A DNA stretch of 64,000 nt from a virus (taxonomy: Duplodnaviria > Caudoviricetes), in the IMG/VR virus record IMGVR_UViG_3300014205_000182, positions 32,001 through 96,000 of that record. One strand, 5' to 3'. Numbering within the stretch: position 1 is the stretch's first letter; the number at the start of each line of letters is the position of its first letter. The position numbers were made by a program, and so were the translations under genes. Of the stretch, positions 59,016-64,000 are shown one piece after another. The notes beneath the pieces are model-generated. The model saw only the letters and a list, made by a program, of their open reading frames with translations, was not told the origin of the DNA and ran no database searches.

Positions 59016-60923
59016 ATGGCGAATGCAGGCTGGAAACACGGATCGGCATTATCTGCCGATAAGAAGACGTGGCGTTATTTTTCACCATCGACCCTGATGT
59101 CTGGTGACTTAGGCACCACCGAAGGCTGCCTTCGTAAGGTGTATTACGAAAAGGTACTGGAACTAAAGGGACCGGAGCAGAAATGGCTTACGACGGGCAA
59201 GGATCTTCACGCCGAGAACGAAAAGTATCTGCTAACCGGTGATCGTTCGCACATGACTTCCCTGGCACTGTCGGGAATTCACATGCTACCGAAGCCACAG
59301 ACTATCGATCCACGTATCAAGATCGAATGGGAAATCGCTGGCAACCTCGCCACAGCACCACTGCAAGCAGCAGGCGTGCCAATTGCCGGGTTCATCGATT
59401 GCATTCACTGGCAAGGTACGAACGCCGGGACGTCTGACATAACCGACACTATTGATCCTGAAGGCACAGTAGAAGTTATCGACTGGAAGACGACCTCCGA
59501 CGCTAAGTACATCAAGTCTCCTCAGGAAGTAGCGCGCACTCTTCAGATGACGACGTACGGCAAGTGGGCTCTCGTCACACACCAGGCCGAGTGGGTACGG
59601 CTAAGTCACGGGTACTACGTGACCAAGGGTCGTCACACGACTCGTAAAGTTTCACTGCGTGTCCATAAGGATCAGATTGACGAACGTTGGGAGTACGTCG
59701 AAGCCTTGGCTGGTTCTCTGAAGGAGGCCATCAAAGAAGACAACGTAGACAAGGTCCCGGCAAACACCCGGGCTTGCGATGCCTACCGAGGATGTCCTCA
59801 CCGTTCATACTGCTCTGCTGCCGCGCACAATAGCTTATCTTCCCTTTTCTCCTCGGATTTTGCATCAGCCCTACTAGGCTTGGACAAACCAGAAGTACTT
59901 ACCGTAGAAAATACAGGACCAGAAAAAATGTCACTACTAGCCAAACTACAAGCTGCCACCACACCTGCACCGGGACCAAAGCCCGAGGTTGCTCTAGAAA
60001 TGAAGCGACTTGCGCTCGAAGAGATCACTGTGAAGTACCCTGGCATCGGGGACACTATCACGAAGCTTGAGACTTTAGGGCTCGGTCTACCGGTCCTTCT
60101 AGGAGAGGCTGCACGTGTTTACGCTGTCATCAAGGGTAACGCTCCTTACGCAAACGGGGAGCTAGCTGGCTTCGAGTTCGACGACCCGGCACAGCTACCA
60201 GTCGTTCTCGCAGAAGCCGAGGCGATTGTTGCGGAGCGTGTCAAGAACGGTGTACCTGCTCCGGTGGTCGCTACGCCTGTAGCCGTAACCAGCCCGTTCC
60301 CAGAAGATGCTCCTCCTGCACAAGCTTCTCCACCTGTTGAGGAACTTCCGGCACCTCCGATCAACTCTGCTGCTGAGGCGATTGCCGCAGCGGCAAGTGA
60401 TGCTCCGAAGAAGAGAGCAGGCAGGCCGAAGAAGGTTGTTGCTGCCCCTGAGGAAACGACAGCAAACGTAACCGTTGTGGTTAACGGTACTGTTACCCCG
60501 CAGGAAGTCAACAAGGCTATAGAGACTGGGCAGTCAGTAGCCAAGACCATTCTTATTGACTCGGCTGAGCACGTCACTAACGTGGCAGCTGAAAGCTCAG
60601 CAGGAATCAACCTCTTCGTCGACTGCGTTCCCAGCTGCAAGTACGAATCGTTCTGGCCATATGTCGACCGTATCACCAAGGCCATGGCCAAGGAGTATGG
60701 TGGCGTTGACTACCGTGCAGCGGATAACGACAAGCCAACAGCCTTCGGTAAGTACAAAGGGTTTTTGGCACACGGACTTCGTACCCTTGCTCAGGCTGGT
60801 GAGATCCCAGCCGGTAATTACGTACTGGACGGGGCCCGAACAGAGACTGGTGGTGTAGTTGTGGAGGCTATGAGAGATATTGTTGCACAGTCGGGTGGAC
60901 TCTTGGTTCGTGGCATCATGTGA
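59016..60923 (+). CDS. PD-(D/E)XK (Cas4/RecB-like) exonuclease with a long Pro/Ala-rich extension
   Basis: SPS..C, G..LH, GFID, IDWKT, Q..Y, C...CP..C; AT-hook-like KKRAGRPKK. Confidence 0.85.
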   Translation: MANAGWKHGSALSADKKTWRYFSPSTLMSGDLGTTEGCLRKVYYEKVLELKGPEQKWLTTGKDLHAENEKYLLTGDRSHMTSLALSGIHMLPKPQTIDPRIKIEWEIAGNLATAPLQAAGVPIAGFIDCIHWQGTNAGTSDITDTIDPEGTVEVIDWKTTSDAKYIKSPQEVARTLQMTTYGKWALVTHQAEWVRLSHGYYVTKGRHTTRKVSLRVHKDQIDERWEYVEALAGSLKEAIKEDNVDKVPANTRACDAYRGCPHRSYCSAAAHNSLSSLFSSDFASALLGLDKPEVLTVENTGPEKMSLLAKLQAATTPAPGPKPEVALEMKRLALEEITVKYPGIGDTITKLETLGLGLPVLLGEAARVYAVIKGNAPYANGELAGFEFDDPAQLPVVLAEAEAIVAERVKNGVPAPVVATPVAVTSPFPEDAPPAQASPPVEELPAPPINSAAEAIAAAASDAPKKRAGRPKKVVAAPEETTANVTVVVNGTVTPQEVNKAIETGQSVAKTILIDSAEHVTNVAAESSAGINLFVDCVPSCKYESFWPYVDRITKAMAKEYGGVDYRAADNDKPTAFGKYKGFLAHGLRTLAQAGEIPAGNYVLDGARTETGGVVVEAMRDIVAQSGGLLVRGIM

Positions 60924-61438
60924 AGCACGGGACAGGAGGTTATCGTAAAGGGTGTCGTTGTACTTTGTGTAGAGAATCACATTCAACCTACATGAAAAAC
61001 TACAATGACACTAATAAGAAACGAGATAGTAATCGTACATGGATGGCAACAAATAGAGCTGCCTATCCAGAAAAATCCAGACTGTATCAGGCTCAGATGA
61101 ACTCAAAATACGTGGCAAACGGGCAGAAGCGACGTAACCGCTTGTTGACTGATTATGGTTTGACTCAATCTCAAGTTGACCAGATGCTTGCAGCTTGCAA
61201 CTATACTTGTGTGATCTGCAAAGAGCCGTTTAAAGCACTCACTGGTAAATCAGGCCCACACATCGATCACATCCACGGTACCAAAATTGTTAGAGGTTTG
61301 TTACACGGTCGCTGCAATACAGCACTCGGCTCTCTAAGAGACGATCCGGTGGTAATGAGGCGTGCAATCCGATACATCGAAACACAAGGTAAAGAAACAG
61401 AAGATGCAGAACTCGAATTATATGAAGGGACTATATAA
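60920..61438 (+). CDS. Endonuclease VII family protein
   Basis: YGLT..CVIC..HIDHIHGT..VRGLL..CNTALG..DD; N-terminal HGT..GCRC..C. Confidence 0.88.
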   Translation: MKHGTGGYRKGCRCTLCRESHSTYMKNYNDTNKKRDSNRTWMATNRAAYPEKSRLYQAQMNSKYVANGQKRRNRLLTDYGLTQSQVDQMLAACNYTCVICKEPFKALTGKSGPHIDHIHGTKIVRGLLHGRCNTALGSLRDDPVVMRRAIRYIETQGKETEDAELELYEGTI

Positions 61439-61652
61439 TGCTGTACCGTGAATTACGTGCTTCGCGCATGATTGCACTTCTTGCTCAGATGGGCATCAAG
61501 TCCGCCGTCGATATGTCCCTTGAGGACGCTTGTCGCTCGTACTCTCGCCTTCGAAGAGGCGTCGAGAATATTGGTGTCCCGATGTCGCCAGCCGTTCTGG
61601 CTCATAAGAGCCGTCAGCGTCGCAGGGCTCGACAGACTCATAGGGGTAAGCG

Positions 61653-62063
61653 GTGAAGTCCCGAGGCATCGACACTCTAGACGCTGTGCGTGAGTTCCAC
61701 GAGAAATGCGACCAGCCCATTCATCACCTTCCTTATCTGGACGACGAAGAGGTTAACGAACTTCGACTGGACTTACTTTACGAGGAATTGAACGAGCTAA
61801 AGACTGCTCTAAAGGACGGAAATGAAGCGGCTGTTCTCGATGCTCTCACGGATATTCAGTACGTCCTCGACGGTACTTATCTCTCCCTCGGGTTTCATGG
61901 GATGAAGGAAGCTGCTTTCAGAGAAATCCATCGATCAAATCTGAGCAAACTCGAAAACGGCAAAGTGCTCAAGAGAGCCGACGGGAAGGTCCTAAAAGGC
62001 AAATCCTATCGTCCACCGAACCTAGCCCCAATTCTGGAAGCAGCGTATGCAGACGATCGATGA
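61653..62063 (+). CDS. MazG-like nucleotide pyrophosphohydrolase
   Basis: EELNE..DALTDI.YV..IHRSNLSK..DGKVLKG..Y..PNL. Confidence 0.88.
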   Translation: MKSRGIDTLDAVREFHEKCDQPIHHLPYLDDEEVNELRLDLLYEELNELKTALKDGNEAAVLDALTDIQYVLDGTYLSLGFHGMKEAAFREIHRSNLSKLENGKVLKRADGKVLKGKSYRPPNLAPILEAAYADDR

Positions 62064-62750
62064 AACTCTGGACCTCGCAATCACTCTTCTGGAGCGTGGT
62101 GCGACTGGGGATACTGAGCAGCTGGCTAGTTGGGTTGTCGATAACCTTGTACATGTTCTGGACGAGCTTCGTTCAGGTTCACTCTCTGTTTGTGAAGTAG
62201 CTAACTACAAGGTTTGTAGGGTAGGCGAGCAGATTGGCATTGTAGTGAGGGAGAAGCCAGATTTAATGCGATCAGAGCAAGCCAGAATGCTAGCCGCCGC
62301 TCTTCTTAGAGCAGCCGAGATGGCAGATTTAGAGGCAGCAGGTGAAAGCAAGATGGGAGGATCAGATGTTTAAGAAGGGTCAGAAGGTAGTCAAAGTAAT
62401 CAACGTGAAGGGTAATAAGTCGGCGACTGAAGCAATCGTGGAGAGTGTCCGTAAGGGAATTGTACGTTTAGCTGATTCTGGACTAGAGTATACGGAGTCT
62501 GGCGCTGAGATCGATCCTCCGATGATCACGATGGGCATTTACTCCGAGATCATTAGATACGACGGAGAGTGATGCAAGCTAGGTGTCCGACCTGCGATAC
62601 TCTACAACAGGTTACGCAAACCGGCGTAGCTGTAAAGTATCGAACAGATTCTGATTTCTCGCGTATTCCAGACGGACGTACGTGTTATTGGCGTATCTGT
62701 AATCATAAAGATGAGAACGGTGAGTCATGTGAGGGCTCTGGAAAGCGTGT

Positions 62751-64000
62751 ATGACGTTAGCTGAAATCCTAGCCAACCTGTCGAAGGAAGTAGAGAGCCC
62801 GAAGCCTGCACCCCAGCCTTCGGGTTTTAAGCTTTCAGACGCTGTTGCTGATCCGATGTGTGCGCCATTCGGCTGGCAAACCGAGGCGCCCGATGACCTG
62901 TTTCGTCGTGGCGACCCTGTTGGGGATTCGGCTGACCTCCAGCGCATTCTTGCGTTGCCTCGTCGTCCGCAGCTTGACCTGACCTCTGCAACCGCCGAGG
63001 CGATGGTCGAGCTTGAGATGCAGAAGTACGCTCGGACCGATAACATCGGGCAGTGTCGCTGCAAGAGTATCGACCCTCGCAAGGGCTGTATCACGCGATT
63101 ACTGCCGGCTCAAGCGTGGATTCTGCGTGAAGTCTCGATGAACCAAGGATTACTGGCACATGCATCCGTCGGACTTGGCAAGACCCTCCTCAACATCCTA
63201 GCCGGCCTAGCACTCACGAACGTCAACACGATCCTTCTTCTAGTTCCAGCTAGCTTACGCGATCAGATCCAGCACGACTATCAGCTGATTGCCCAACACT
63301 TTATCGTGCCCGGGTTTGTCATGCATATCGGCGTCGAGAAGCCGTTGTACCCGACCGGAAAGATCCCCGGTCGTCCCACGCTCCACGTACTCCCATACTC
63401 ACGTCTGTCGATGCCTGAGGAGAGCGACTTTCTTCAGCGTCTTCAGCCAGATGCCATCATCTCGGACGAGTGCGACAGTATTCGTGCGATGACCTCTTCC
63501 AGAGGTATCCGCATCGCGAAGTGGTTCGCGGGCGGAACGACGCCAGAGGAACGTGCCAAGCGAATGGCAACGAAGTTTCTCGGCTGGACCGGTTCGCTAA
63601 CCGACTCCTCAATCACCGAGTTCAACTACCTGGCTCTGTTTGCTCTCCGTGACAAATCGCCGCTACCCCTCGACCCCAACACAGTCATCGAGTGGTCGCG
63701 CTGTCTCGACGCTACCGGCAACGCCAGCCCACCCGGCGAGCTAAAGCGCTTCTGTTCGCCTGGCGAGAACGTGCGCCATGCGGTTCGTCGTCGGCTTGCT
63801 GAGACTCCGGGGTTTATTATCGCCAACCAGACCGAGATCGAAGTAACGGGCGGTGAGGGCTTTGTGCAGAACTCGATCTCCGAGAAAGAGGCGCCGCCGT
63901 TGCCCGAGATTATCGAGGAAGCACTGGCGATGATCCGAAACGACGGCGTTCGTCCCGACTCACTAATCAGCCGAGTCAGGCCAGATATCGCCGAGATGAT
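62751..64000 (+). CDS. SF2 (SNF2-like) helicase, truncated by the window edge
   Basis: Manual translation from ATG 62751: Q motif LLPAQ, VGLGKT, LLLVPASL, ISDECD, GWTGS. Confidence 0.85.
   Translation, partial: MTLAEILANLSKEVESPKPAPQPSGFKLSDAVADPMCAPFGWQTEAPDDLFRRGDPVGDSADLQRILALPRRPQLDLTSATAEAMVELEMQKYARTDNIGQCRCKSIDPRKGCITRLLPAQAWILREVSMNQGLLAHASVGLGKTLLNILAGLALTNVNTILLLVPASLRDQIQHDYQLIAQHFIVPGFVMHIGVEKPLYPTGKIPGRPTLHVLPYSRLSMPEESDFLQRLQPDAIISDECDSIRAMTSSRGIRIAKWFAGGTTPEERAKRMATKFLGWTGSLTDSSITEFNYLALFALRDKSPLPLDPNTVIEWSRCLDATGNASPPGELKRFCSPGENVRHAVRRRLAETPGFIIANQTEIEVTGGEGFVQNSISEKEAPPLPEIIEEALAMIRNDGVRPDSLISRVRPDIAEM

Noticed and set aside
59016-60923. CRISPR-associated Cas4
   Set aside because: It sits in a replication cluster with no cas1/cas2; stand-alone phage exonucleases of this fold are common.
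1-64000. Stop-codon reassignment, DGR or retron, integrase
   Set aside because: Large genes are intact in the standard code and use all three stops; no reverse transcriptase or recombinase motifs were seen.

Overview
This is a 64-kb slice of a large, apparently lytic tailed dsDNA phage. No integrase or rRNA is visible, and I could not identify a canonical tRNA. Recognisable genes include a DUF1073-type portal (partial, left edge), GroES, ATP-dependent DNA ligase, terminase large subunit with a probable small subunit, rIIA/rIIB, Prim-Pol/VapE primase-helicase, a Cas4/RecB-like nuclease, endonuclease VII, a MazG-like pyrophosphatase, an SF2 helicase (partial, right edge), NadD, Pth2, an ATP-grasp enzyme, phosphatases and two lipoprotein proteases, among many small hypothetical genes. 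The most striking signal is non-coding. A segment of about 7.5 kb (10.6-18.2 kb), bounded by AT-rich TATATAGGG tracts, carries dense arrays of host-regulator-like sites: about 15 sigma-54 (-24/-12) motifs, six of them in a roughly 28-bp-period array, and seven Myxococcus-type LexA boxes, six of them in a 19-bp tandem. It also has further unassigned motif arrays and is followed by an iteron-like array. This suggests a Myxococcota host and a DNA-encoded decoy or switch region, possibly a terminal repeat; both are inferences. Other notable items are about 28 sigma-70-like promoters driving leaderless genes, two tRNA-like structured RNAs, an rIIB-HicB fusion, an antisense minigene between the terminase genes, a variable-module repeat protein and expanded paralog families. 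All calls are by eye from motifs; no database searches were run.
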